DNA of 64,000 nucleotides from Candidatus Eiseniibacteriota bacterium (GCA_043809585.1 JBDROZ010000042.1:1-64000); one strand, 5' to 3'. Counted from the stretch's first letter, positions 1 to 11,230 are shown. The notes: generated from the sequence alone by a model not told the origin. Numbers and translations are program-made.

Positions 1-180
1 TTTCATAAAATCTCGAGAGCAAACGCGTGAGAGTGCGTCAGATGCGGCAGCGCGCAGCATTCACCAAGCAGAGCATATCCAACGATATGTGAGCATTGGT
101 GAATGCGAGCACTGTCGCAGATGGCGTGCTATCATGCGAGCGTCAGCGTTTTGAGCCGAGATTTTGTGAAAGATCAAGGC
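1..180. mobile_element. Palindromic MITE-like element, copy 1 (left end cut by window edge)
   Basis: Near-identical reverse complement of 20530-20718; long imperfect palindrome ending ...AAAGATCAAGG. Confidence 0.85.
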
Positions 181-192
181 TGATTCGGAACA

Positions 193-930
193 CTAGAGGG
201 ACGAGTCCTTGTCCCGGTGAATCGGCGTGAGGGCCGAGTCCGTGAGATCGAATCGGGAGCGGAGGGCGGCGACAATCACCTGCTGGATGGTGCTGGGGTC
301 CATGCCTTCCGTGTTGATGACCAGGTCGTAGCTGAGGGGATCGTCGATGTCTCCGTGGAAGTTGCGGGTGATGTACTCCCTGCGGCGCCGGTCCTCCGCG
401 GCGATCTTGGCGCCGGCTTCCTCGGCGGGGGCGTCGAGCCGTCGCATGTACGCCTCGACCCGCCATGGGAGGGGGGCGGTGAGCCGGACGGCGAGGCGCT
501 TGTGGCGGGGGATCAGGAGGTGGGCCCCCCGGCCGATAACGATGGCGTTGCCCTCTTTGACGATGGAGACGAGGATCCGGGCCAGGCTCTTCATGTAGGC
601 GGTCTGGCCGACATAGTCGGCGAGGAAGATCTCGTTCGCCCAATCCTGAATATATTGGTAAACATTCTCGTCGAGCTCCTCGATCGCCCTGGCCTCGACC
701 TTGCGGTCCTTCGCGATCGATTCGATCAGCTCCCTGTCGTAGAGGTTCCAGCCGAGCTTGGCGGCCAGTTTCTTGGCGACCGTGCCGCCGCCGCAGAAGT
801 AGTCCCGCGAGATCGTCAGGAGCGGGCCGCCGGCGGGGGGGTGCTCCGCCTCTTCGAATGCGCGCTTCATCGCTTCCCGCCGGGCCATTTCCTTCGACGC
901 CAACCGATCGATCCCCTCATCTCGTTCCAT
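193..930 (-). CDS. Cytidylate kinase-like family protein
   Basis: TISRDYFCGGGTVAKKLA...YDRELI, IVIGRGA and YDLVINT motifs; start chosen at ATG 930 after GGAG. Confidence 0.8.
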   Translation of the reverse strand: MERDEGIDRLASKEMARREAMKRAFEEAEHPPAGGPLLTISRDYFCGGGTVAKKLAAKLGWNLYDRELIESIAKDRKVEARAIEELDENVYQYIQDWANEIFLADYVGQTAYMKSLARILVSIVKEGNAIVIGRGAHLLIPRHKRLAVRLTAPLPWRVEAYMRRLDAPAEEAGAKIAAEDRRRREYITRNFHGDIDDPLSYDLVINTEGMDPSTIQQVIVAALRSRFDLTDSALTPIHRDKDSSL

Positions 931-1223
931 GTCATCTCCCGTCCATCGAAAAGTGTAGCCCCAGGGATCGGGGGCGACAAGAGAAAGGGCCGGCTTCGCC
1001 AAACGGGCAGGACCCATGCCGGCCCTCGCGGGATCATCGGCAATCAGAGAAAACATTATATATTCTCTACGGTGCATATGTATAATTGGTTATGATGGCG
1101 TCGATTAGTCGCCCTGGATTCGATCCTCTCCCCGCCCGTCTCCGCCGGGTCCTTCATCCGTCCGAGGACGAAGCGGGCCGTCCCTGCAGCCAGCCGCAGC
1201 AGGAAGGGGTTTTGAAACGAGTT

Positions 1224-3347
<2,124 letters not shown>

Positions 3348-3567
3348 CGGACCTCGCGGAATTCGGTGGTTGCGGACATGGCCCTCCGGAGCCTCGCGGG
3401 CGGGAGGGAAAGCGGCGCTACTCCTGTAAATGTATGTAAAATCACCGTCCCCCGGTTTACAATCGAGAGCGGCGCCGCTGGAGCGCCGGAGTCCTTGATG
3501 TTAAGGGAGTTACGGCCCGCGGGCAACCCTTTTCGGGAGCGCCGGGCCTTTTCGTCCGGGAGACGAC

Positions 3568-4467
3568 GTGACCCTCGCCCGATTCCGAACCGCCGGGCCC
3601 CTGGCGCTGATCTTCCTCATCGGCGCGTTCGCGCTTTTCCGGGGGGGAGCCGGCGGACCGCGCCCCTCGGACATCGACACGGCCGGCCCGCTCCGCATCC
3701 TCTCCCTCTCGCCGAACCTGACGGAAATCCTCTTCGCCCTCGGCCTCGGCGACCGGGTCGTCGGCGTGACCGACTACTGCCGGTTTCCGCCCGAGGCGCG
3801 GGAGAAGCCGAAGGTCGGCGCCCTCCTCAACCCGAGCCTCGAGAGGATGTTCGCCTTGGAGCCGAACCTGATCGTCCTCTTGCCCGCCCACGGAGGCATC
3901 GGCGACCGGATGGCGGCCCGGGGCCTTCGGACTCTCATCCTGCCGAACGACACGGTGGGCGACATCTTCGCCTCCATCGATTCGATCGGCCGCGCCACGG
4001 GATCCGAAGAAGCCGCGAGGGTACTCGCCGATTCGCTCCGGAACGCCCTCGGCGAGGTAACCGCCGATCCGCCGGACCGGGTGCGCCGCGTGATGATCGT
4101 CGTCTCCCGCACGGAGGGAAGCGTGAAGGACGTCTTCGTCGCGGGGCCGGGCACTTACCTCGACGAGCTTCTCCGCCGCGCGGGGGGTGAGAATGTCTTC
4201 GGCCGGTCCGCCGCCCGTTACCCCGAGCCGAGCGTCGAGGAGATCCTCCACAAGAATCCGGAGGTGATCCTCGAGATCCGGCCCGAGGGGGACGGTGCCG
4301 CCGCGGAGACCCGCCTCGCCCGGGGGACGTGGGGAACGCTGCCGGGACTCGCCGCCGTGGAGAGGGGGAACGTTTTCGTCCTCACCGGGGACCATCTCGT
4401 CGTGCCGGGGCCGCGCATGGGAGAGACCCTCCGGGACATCGCCGCCGCCCTCCGGGAGGCCCGCTGA
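3568..4467 (+). CDS. ABC transporter substrate-binding protein, BtuF/helical-backbone type (cobalamin or iron complex)
   Basis: RILSLSPNLTEILFALGLGDRVVGVTDYC motif, PGPR near C-terminus, N-terminal hydrophobic leader. Confidence 0.85.
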   Translation: MTLARFRTAGPLALIFLIGAFALFRGGAGGPRPSDIDTAGPLRILSLSPNLTEILFALGLGDRVVGVTDYCRFPPEAREKPKVGALLNPSLERMFALEPNLIVLLPAHGGIGDRMAARGLRTLILPNDTVGDIFASIDSIGRATGSEEAARVLADSLRNALGEVTADPPDRVRRVMIVVSRTEGSVKDVFVAGPGTYLDELLRRAGGENVFGRSAARYPEPSVEEILHKNPEVILEIRPEGDGAAAETRLARGTWGTLPGLAAVERGNVFVLTGDHLVVPGPRMGETLRDIAAALREAR

Positions 4468-4469
4468 TC

Positions 4470-5258
4470 ATGGGGATGCTGCGCGTCGAGGGTCTCCGGC
4501 ATAGAAAAGGGGAAAAGGAGATCCTGGGGGGCGTCTCCCTCGCCGTGGACGAGGGGGAGTTCGTCGCCCTGCTCGGGCCGAACGGCGCGGGGAAGTCGAC
4601 GCTCTTGAAGCACGTCGCCGGCGTTCTTTCGCCCCCGCCGGGCGTCGTCTTCCTCGGCGGCCGGGACCGGGCCTCCATGCCCCCCCGCGAGGCGGCCCGC
4701 TTCACCGCGTACGTCCCTCAGGCCCGGGAGCCGGAGGTCCCCTTCTCGACCCGGGAGATCGTCGCCCAGGCTCGATACCCGTTTCTGTCGACCTGGCGCC
4801 CCTCGACGGAGGAGGACCGGCGGCGGGTGGGCGAAGCGATCGGGCTGGCCGGCGCCTCCCCTTTCGCCGACCGCCCTTTCTCGACCCTCTCCGGCGGGGA
4901 GCAGCAGAAGGCGCTCATCGCCGCCGCCCTCGCGCAGGACGCGCGGCTCCTCCTCGTCGACGAACCGACGACGTTTCTCGACCCGGCGTTCCAGGAGGAG
5001 GTGTTCCGCCTTCTCGGCGAGGTGCGCCGGGCCCGGCGTCTCGCCCTTCTCGTCGTCACGCACGAGGTGAACCGGGCCCTCCTCTCGGCGGACCGGGTCG
5101 TGGCGATGAGGGACGGGTCGATCGTGAAGGACGGTCCCCCCGGGGAGATCGCGAACGCCGACGCTCTCGAGGAGATCTACGGGGCGCGGTTCCTTCTCTC
5201 TCCTCACCCGGAGACGGGGCGGCCCCTCATCGTGCCCCGGAAGGAGGGGCGGAAGTGA
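4470..5258 (+). CDS. ABC transporter ATP-binding protein (BtuD/FepC-like)
   Basis: GPNGAGKS Walker A, LSGGEQQ signature, LLLVDEPT Walker B. Confidence 0.9.
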   Translation: MGMLRVEGLRHRKGEKEILGGVSLAVDEGEFVALLGPNGAGKSTLLKHVAGVLSPPPGVVFLGGRDRASMPPREAARFTAYVPQAREPEVPFSTREIVAQARYPFLSTWRPSTEEDRRRVGEAIGLAGASPFADRPFSTLSGGEQQKALIAAALAQDARLLLVDEPTTFLDPAFQEEVFRLLGEVRRARRLALLVVTHEVNRALLSADRVVAMRDGSIVKDGPPGEIANADALEEIYGARFLLSPHPETGRPLIVPRKEGRK

Positions 5259-6244
5259 ACAAGAAGAATCCGCTCCGCCTTCTCCTCCTCTTCACGTTCC
5301 TCTTCGTGATCGTGCTCCTCGGAGCCCCTTTCTTCGGTCCCGAGCCGATCGCGCCGGGGGACATCTTCGGCGAGTCGGGGACGACCCGGTTCTTCATCTT
5401 CTGGAGCCTCCGGGTGCCGCGGCTCGTCCTCGGGCTCCTTGCCGGCGCGAGCCTCTCCCTCGCGGGGCTGACGTTCCAATCTCTCTTCCGGAACCCGCTC
5501 GCCACGCCCTTCACGCTCGGCGTCTCGTCGGGGGCGGCCTTCGGCGCGGCCCTCGCGGTGATGGTCGGCGTCCGGGGGCTCGTCTTCGGGATGGACGCGG
5601 TGGCGTTCTGGGCCCTCGCGGGGGCGCTCCTCGTGGTGCTCGTGCTCTTCCGTCTCGGGCGGCGGGGACGGGGGCTCTCGACGCTCCATCTCCTGCTCGC
5701 GGGGGTGGCGATCTCCTACTTCTTCTCGTCCCTCCTTCTCTTCCTCCAGTACACGGCCGACTTCACGGAGACTTTCCGGGTGGTCCGCTGGTTGATGGGG
5801 CGGCTCGAGTCGATCGGGTTCGCTTCCTCCTTCACGATCCTGCCGGCGTTCCTGGTCGGAGTGGCGATGCTCTTCTATTACCGGCGGGAGCTGGATCTCC
5901 TGCTGACGGGGGAGGAGATCGCCCGGAGCCGGGGGGTGCCGGTCGACCGGGTGCGGGCGCACCTCTATCTGGTGGCGTCGTTCCTGACGGCGACGACCGT
6001 CGCCGCGTGCGGGCCCATCGGGTTCGTCGGGCTCGTGGTTCCCCACGTGCTCCGGCTCCTCCTCGGGCTCTCTCACGGCTACCTGATCGCCGGGTGCGTT
6101 CTCATCGGCGGGCCCTTCCTGGTCGTGTGCGACGGCATCGCCCGGAACCTGCTGACCGAAACGGAACTGCCGGTCGGCATCATCACGGCGCTCCTCGGCG
6201 GACCGTTCTTCCTCTGGCTGGTGGTGAGGAAGCGGGGGGAGTAG
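5255..6244 (+). CDS. FecCD/BtuC family permease
   Basis: LRVPRL, QSLFRNPLATPFTLGVSSGA, GPIGFVGLVVPH, LPVGIITALLGGPFF. Confidence 0.9.
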   Translation: MNKKNPLRLLLLFTFLFVIVLLGAPFFGPEPIAPGDIFGESGTTRFFIFWSLRVPRLVLGLLAGASLSLAGLTFQSLFRNPLATPFTLGVSSGAAFGAALAVMVGVRGLVFGMDAVAFWALAGALLVVLVLFRLGRRGRGLSTLHLLLAGVAISYFFSSLLLFLQYTADFTETFRVVRWLMGRLESIGFASSFTILPAFLVGVAMLFYYRRELDLLLTGEEIARSRGVPVDRVRAHLYLVASFLTATTVAACGPIGFVGLVVPHVLRLLLGLSHGYLIAGCVLIGGPFLVVCDGIARNLLTETELPVGIITALLGGPFFLWLVVRKRGE

Positions 6245-6427
6245 GGGGGGCGGCTCCCCGCCGGAGAGGACCGCGAGTATTTCGGGCTCTTTGCCTGAAT
6301 TCGGCGTCCGCCATATTGATTTTCTTCCCGCTTATTCATATCTCTTCGGCCGGCGTTGATAAAGATCCGGCAATTCGCCGGGAGAGCGGAATCCCCCCAG
6401 GCGGTTCCCCACCACGGAGGCCATCCA

Positions 6428-7141
6428 ATGTCGATGGTGAAAACTCGGTCGTCGAGGTTCTTGGCGGTCTTTCTCTTTCTGGGCGGTCTTCTGATGGCCC
6501 TGGGCGCCGTTACGGCGTCGGCGACGGAGGTGGTCGTCCTTCGGAGCGGAAACGCCCCCGCGGGGAATCCCGATCCGTCCATCACGATGCTCGTGGGTTC
6601 CGGCGGCGCCCCCCTGTCGCCCAACCTGTTCACTACGGCCGACTTCGACTCGGCGTGCACCGGCCCGAACGCCATGATCGCGCTGCAGCCGATCTCGGTC
6701 TGGGCCCAGCAGCTCGCGTGCGATCCCCTGGCCCAGTGGATCGGAATCGATGCGTTCAACACCCCCGCATCGGTGCTGTTCTGCCAACCCTTCGACCTCC
6801 AGACCTGCTGCATCGACCATGCGACGCTGACGTTCTGCTGGGTGGTCGATGACGGTCTCGGCGACTACCCCGGCGCCGGCGGTCCCAACACGGACGGCGT
6901 CTACCTGAACGGCGTCGCCGTCACTCCGAGCATTTCCGGCGGCAACTACGCGACCGAAACGACCATGGTGGCGGACGTCACCGGTCTCGTCCAATGCGGC
7001 GCGAACCGGCTCGAGGTCTACAACCGGGACCTCGGCTTCGCCGTCAGCGGCGTGATGTACAGTGCGACGATCGAGGTGGAAGGCTGCCCGACTTCCACGG
7101 AGCATTCGACCTGGGGCTCCATCAAGTCGATGTACCGCTAG
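6428..7141 (+). CDS. Secreted Cys-rich protein, probable jelly-roll/lectin-like domain, with C-terminal TWGSIKSMYR motif
   Basis: GGAGG RBS; signal peptide ending ASA; DD...VYLNG...GANRL pattern; C-terminal motif shared with 31344-33014. Confidence 0.7.
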   Translation: MSMVKTRSSRFLAVFLFLGGLLMALGAVTASATEVVVLRSGNAPAGNPDPSITMLVGSGGAPLSPNLFTTADFDSACTGPNAMIALQPISVWAQQLACDPLAQWIGIDAFNTPASVLFCQPFDLQTCCIDHATLTFCWVVDDGLGDYPGAGGPNTDGVYLNGVAVTPSISGGNYATETTMVADVTGLVQCGANRLEVYNRDLGFAVSGVMYSATIEVEGCPTSTEHSTWGSIKSMYR

Positions 7142-7147
7142 TTCTCT

Positions 7148-7187
7148 CGGGGCCGCGGGGCGACGTGCTCCGCGGCCCCGCTCTTTC
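7148..7187 (+). terminator. Probable intrinsic terminator
   Basis: CGGGGCCGCGGGGC-GACGT-GCTCCGCGGCCCCG hairpin followed by CTCTTTC, just after the stop codon. Confidence 0.55.
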
Positions 7188-7339
7188 ACCGCCCGCCACC
7201 GTCGATCTCCGATCCTCCTGATTTTCCTTGCCAGCGCACCCTCTTTTCCCATTCATTGAGAGCGGCAAGCCATCTGTTTCTCGCGAGTCGTCGGCCGATG
7301 CCGGACGGATCCCGCTTCCGGCCTACCAAGGAGAGTGCC

Positions 7340-7891
7340 ATGCGAAGAGCGTCCCCCCTGCCGTGGATCTTCCTCCTTCTCGCCGCGGCGCTTCTCGCGC
7401 CGGACGGGGCGGAGGCGAACGGCCTCCTGCCCGGCCAGTACACCTTCCGCGTCATGTGGGACGGGAAGGAGATGGCCGGGATCGACCGGGTCTCCGGCCT
7501 CGTGCGGCGGACCGAGGTGGTCCGGCCCCGGAGCGGCGGAGGGCCGAGCGGCGTCATGAACACGGTCGGGATCACCGCCCACGAGCCGCTCATCATCGAA
7601 CGCCGCCTGTCGCAGGACAAGGAGTTCGAGCGGTGGGCGAACAAGGTGTGGATGTACGGGGCCGGATTCGGGTCGGAGATGTCCCTCGGTGACTACCGGA
7701 AGGACCTCAAGATCGACCTCTACGACCACCAGGGGAAGCTCGCCATCTCGTACCGCGTTTACAACTGCTGGCCATCCGAGTATTTCGTGCTCGGCGAACT
7801 CGACGCGTCGGGGCCGTCCCTCCCCGTGGAGGTCCTCGTCATCGCCTACGAGGGCTTCGAGCGGGACTGGTCGGTCGTCCCGTCTCCTTAG
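7340..7891 (+). CDS. Phage/eCIS tail-tube (gp19/Afp1-5-like) protein with N-terminal signal peptide, paralog 1
   Basis: YTFRVMWDG, VSGLVRRTEVV, FERWANKVW, SLGDYRKDLKIDLY, NCWPSEY, EGFERD; leader MRRASPLPWIFLLLAAALLAPDGAEA; AAGGAG RBS. Confidence 0.85.
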   Translation: MRRASPLPWIFLLLAAALLAPDGAEANGLLPGQYTFRVMWDGKEMAGIDRVSGLVRRTEVVRPRSGGGPSGVMNTVGITAHEPLIIERRLSQDKEFERWANKVWMYGAGFGSEMSLGDYRKDLKIDLYDHQGKLAISYRVYNCWPSEYFVLGELDASGPSLPVEVLVIAYEGFERDWSVVPSP

Positions 7892-7976
7892 CGCCGGAAA
7901 GAGCGACGCCATGCGTGTTCGCATTCTCGATTGGAAATCACCAAGCCAACGGGCCCACTCCCCGAGGAGGTTCGCC

Positions 7977-8564
7977 ATGCGTTTCCGAACGGCCGTGCTC
8001 GGTTTCGTCGCCCTCGCGGCGCTCGTCGCGTCCTACGCCGCCGCGAACGAGTTCTCCGTCAACGTTCACCGCCACGACCCGTACAAGCGGTACAAGTTCC
8101 GCGTGAAGTGGGACGGCAAGTACGTCCCCGGCGTCATGTTCGTCAGCGGCCTGACGCGGACCACCGAAGTCGCCACCTACCGCAAGGGGAACGAGGCGAG
8201 CGGCATGACCCACACGCCGGGACCGACGACCTACGCGCCGATCATCCTCGAGCGGGGGCGGACCCACGACGACGCCTTCGAGACCTGGGTGAACAAGGTG
8301 TGGAACTTCGGCGCCGGGCTCGGCTCCGAGTCCTCGCTCGCCGATTACCGAAAGGACATCATGATCGAGCTCTACAACGAGGCGGGGCAGCTCGCGATGG
8401 CGTGGAAGGTGTACAACTGCTGGCCGTCGAAATACAGCGCCGTGACCGAATTCGACGCGGCGAGCCCGGACCTCGCCATCGAGTCGCTCACCCTCGAGCA
8501 TGACGGTTGGGAGCGGGACACGGCGGTCGCCGAGCCGACGGAGCCGACGTACACGACACCTTGA
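7977..8564 (+). CDS. Phage/eCIS tail-tube (gp19/Afp1-5-like) protein with N-terminal signal peptide, paralog 2
   Basis: FSVN..RHDPYKRYKFRVKWDG, ILERGRTHD, WVNKVWNFGAGLG, RKDIMIELYNEAGQ, CWPSKY, LEHDGWERD; leader MRFRTAVLGFVALAALVASYAAA; GAGGAGG RBS. Confidence 0.9.
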   Translation: MRFRTAVLGFVALAALVASYAAANEFSVNVHRHDPYKRYKFRVKWDGKYVPGVMFVSGLTRTTEVATYRKGNEASGMTHTPGPTTYAPIILERGRTHDDAFETWVNKVWNFGAGLGSESSLADYRKDIMIELYNEAGQLAMAWKVYNCWPSKYSAVTEFDAASPDLAIESLTLEHDGWERDTAVAEPTEPTYTTP

Positions 8565-8592
8565 GGTCTCAAGGGAAAGCCGGCGGGACGAT

Positions 8593-8752
8593 GGACCGGC
8601 ATCGGGAGGGGGCGGGGCATAGCCGGGGAGTTCTTGATGGCTTCCGCAACGCTGCCTCTGCGCGTCCGGAGAATGGGAGGGCTTTCTCCCGCCGCACGAC
8701 GAGCGTCCACGTCCGCCCCATCCCCCTCCCTCCTCCGATCCTCCGCCCCGCC
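8593..8752 (+). repeat. Dispersed ~160-bp intergenic repeat, family A
   Basis: Reverse-complement homologs at 42908-43070, 43157-43275, 59339-59500 and partial 20783-20856. Confidence 0.8.
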
Positions 8753-8814
8753 CGAAGAAGAGGAGGCGGAGTCAGCGGAGTAGGCGGCGCTCTGCCCCGC
8801 CTATGTATTGAAAT

Positions 8815-8869
8815 GTCATCCCCGCGAAGCCTGCCCCCGCGAAGGCGGGGGGCGGGGATCCAGGAAATC
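8815..8869 (+). repeat. REP-like palindrome GTCATCCCCGCG...GGGGATCCAG
   Basis: Nested hairpin; reverse-complement copy at 42799-42854. Confidence 0.75.
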
Positions 8870-8913
8870 TGATTCCGTTGGGCGGGATCCCTACCCGAAC
8901 CTCACCGAGTAGA

Positions 8914-9570
8914 TCAGCGGAAGGAGGGGCGGACGCCCAGGGCCGGACGGGGCGCCTCGTAGCCGAACCGTTCGCAGTCTCCGGCGCATGATCGGTAGAC
9001 CGCGCGGAGCCGGGTGGCATCGTAATGGTCCCGCCACGGCTTGTGCCGGGTGGCCGCCTCGCGGCCGAGGGGCACGGGCCGAAGGCCGATGCGGCGGCAC
9101 ACTTCGTCGAAGTCCTCTTGAAGCCGCTCGAAACGCCCGACGAAGTCGACGAGAACGTTCCCGGCCCCGTCGCCGAGCATCCACGACTGGTAGTCCCGAT
9201 CGAGGATCACCTCGCCCCGGACGATGCCGTCCAGGAAAGCCTCGAAATTCGGATAGGCCGTCCAGTCCCGTTTCCGCCACGGCACGTCCGGATCCGCCTG
9301 CTCGTGCATGCACCACTCCGAGAGAAGCCGGTCGAAGGGGTTCCGGACGAAGCCGAACGTGAAGTACCCGTCCCAGATCTCGTCGGCGACGATCTCCTTC
9401 AGCCGCGACGCGGCGATGTGCTTGCAGTTCTCGCCCGGCAGCACCTCGTCGGAGAGCCACGTCTCGTCGAAGCGGAGGCCGAGGAGAGGGGCGAGGGTCT
9501 TTTCGATCGACGTGCCCCCCGTCTTCCCCGGATGAACGAAGATCACCTTGTGGGTGTGGGAGAGAATCAT
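8914..9570 (-). CDS. Sulfotransferase family 2 protein
   Basis: MILSHTHKVIFVHPGKTGGTSI (5'-PSB loop), FVRNPFDRLLS (3'-PB), DFVGRFERLQEDF. Confidence 0.85.
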   Translation of the reverse strand: MILSHTHKVIFVHPGKTGGTSIEKTLAPLLGLRFDETWLSDEVLPGENCKHIAASRLKEIVADEIWDGYFTFGFVRNPFDRLLSEWCMHEQADPDVPWRKRDWTAYPNFEAFLDGIVRGEVILDRDYQSWMLGDGAGNVLVDFVGRFERLQEDFDEVCRRIGLRPVPLGREAATRHKPWRDHYDATRLRAVYRSCAGDCERFGYEAPRPALGVRPSFR

Positions 9571-9589
9571 GTCTTCTCTCCCCCGCTCA

Positions 9590-11230
9590 TCATTCGCTTC
9601 CGTTCCCGGTCGTCTCCACGAGAACGCGCAGGTTCTCGATGGCGATCTCGCTTTCGGGATCCCTTTCGAGCACGCGCTCGAAGGCGCGGAAGAGGGCGGC
9701 GACATCCGGGGGGAGCGGGAATTCCGGGCGCCCGTCCTTCTCCCACAGCTTCGCCCACGAGAGGAACCGGTAGTACGCCATGGCGCCGGCGAGGAAGAGG
9801 CTGCGGACGCCGTCCTTCTCCGGCTCGTACCGATCCTCGATCTCGAGTCGCGCCGCCCCGAGCATCCGGCCGAGGCTCCACCGCTCGCCCGCCTCGTGAA
9901 GCGCCGCCGCCTCGAAGTCGGTGTAGCGGTCGAGCCGCCCGGTGAAATCGGAAATCCTCTCGGCCCACCGGTGCCGGATGTGGGCCTCCGGCGGGAGGGG
10001 GAGGAGCCGGACTTCGCCGTCGATCTCCGGCGTTCCGTGAATCCTGTCGGTCCAGCGGACGCGCCCCCGCCGGAAGAGGCGGGGTTGCGCCTCCCGGTCG
10101 GGACCGAAGCCGCTCCCCTCGAGAGGGCGGCCGGCAAAGTGATTCCGGCGGGGGACGAGGAAGAGCGCCGTCCCCTCGTCCTCGGCGATCACGCGCCGGA
10201 CGCTCTCCGCGAGCTCGGGGGAGAGCCGTTCGTCCGCATCGAGGACGAAAACCCAGTCCCCCGTCGCCCGATCGAGGGCGAAGTTCCGGGCCGGCTCCAC
10301 GTATCCCACCGGCGGATGAGAGAAGACCTTGTCCGTGTACCGCCGGGCGATGTCCGCCGTTCCGTCGCCGCTCTCCATGTCGACCACGACGATTTCGTCC
10401 GCCACGGGGGCGGCGCTCGCGAGGCACCCCTCCAGATGGACCGCGGCGTTTCGGGTGTTCACGACGAGCGAGAGGGTGGGGCCCGGCGATTTCGCACCGG
10501 GGACCTCGCCTCCGGCGGGGCCCGCTCCGGGGAGCGTCAACGTTTCGCGGTTCACGATCGACGGGTCGACCCACTCCCGGATCCGATCCTCGGGGGGCGC
10601 GTCGATATCGAGGAACGAAACGATCTCGCTCATCACCGCCGCCGGGTCGGCCACGAGGGCGTCGAAAGAGACCCTCATGTGCGGAAGGCCCCCGCTCCGC
10701 AAAATCCCCTCGCCGAAGGCGCGCCACCGGTCGATGTACTCGGCCACGAAATCGCGCGACGCATGGCGGCGGACCGGATCCTCGGCCCCGCGCCACACCC
10801 GGAGGAGGGAGGCGATCTGGTCTTCCCGGATCCTCTCCATATAGAGGACGCGCACGTCGAACTCGTCCGTCATCTCCCGGAGGAAGGGGAGGGTCAGGCA
10901 CCACTGGGACTTGACGGCGGCGGGGTACCGGCCGCCGAAGGAGTCGTCCAAGAGACGCCGGTAGACGGGGGTCCGCTCCGCGGCGATCCGGTCGACCATG
11001 CGGTCGGCCGGCGGGATCGAGACGTGGGGATAGATGACGGACCAGGTCTCCCTCAGGAAGCGCTCCTGTTCGGGGAGCTCGAAGAAACCCTTCGGGTTCA
11101 TGGCGGCCGGCTCGAAGAGACGCCGGTCGGACCCGACGTAGAGGCCGGCGAGATGAAGAATGCCCATCATGGCGGACGAGCCGACCCGCCCGACCGGGTA
11201 GGCCACGGCGACGATCTTGCGCCTTTCCAT
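9590..11230 (-). CDS. Sulfotransferase-like domain fused to GT2 glycosyltransferase
   Basis: N-terminal GRVGSSAMMG and NPKGFFE; C-terminal DEIVVVDMESGDGT, ARNFAL, WVFVLDADER. Confidence 0.75.
   Translation of the reverse strand: MERRKIVAVAYPVGRVGSSAMMGILHLAGLYVGSDRRLFEPAAMNPKGFFELPEQERFLRETWSVIYPHVSIPPADRMVDRIAAERTPVYRRLLDDSFGGRYPAAVKSQWCLTLPFLREMTDEFDVRVLYMERIREDQIASLLRVWRGAEDPVRRHASRDFVAEYIDRWRAFGEGILRSGGLPHMRVSFDALVADPAAVMSEIVSFLDIDAPPEDRIREWVDPSIVNRETLTLPGAGPAGGEVPGAKSPGPTLSLVVNTRNAAVHLEGCLASAAPVADEIVVVDMESGDGTADIARRYTDKVFSHPPVGYVEPARNFALDRATGDWVFVLDADERLSPELAESVRRVIAEDEGTALFLVPRRNHFAGRPLEGSGFGPDREAQPRLFRRGRVRWTDRIHGTPEIDGEVRLLPLPPEAHIRHRWAERISDFTGRLDRYTDFEAAALHEAGERWSLGRMLGAARLEIEDRYEPEKDGVRSLFLAGAMAYYRFLSWAKLWEKDGRPEFPLPPDVAALFRAFERVLERDPESEIAIENLRVLVETTGNGSE

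Noticed and set aside
3350-3567. Cobalamin riboswitch upstream of the Btu-like operon
   Set aside because: Could not find the conserved AGGGAA...GGTG...CC...ACTG core
7340-8564. Prophage or complete eCIS/T6SS locus
   Set aside because: No sheath, baseplate, spike, capsid, terminase or lysis genes in the window; flanks are host-like genes
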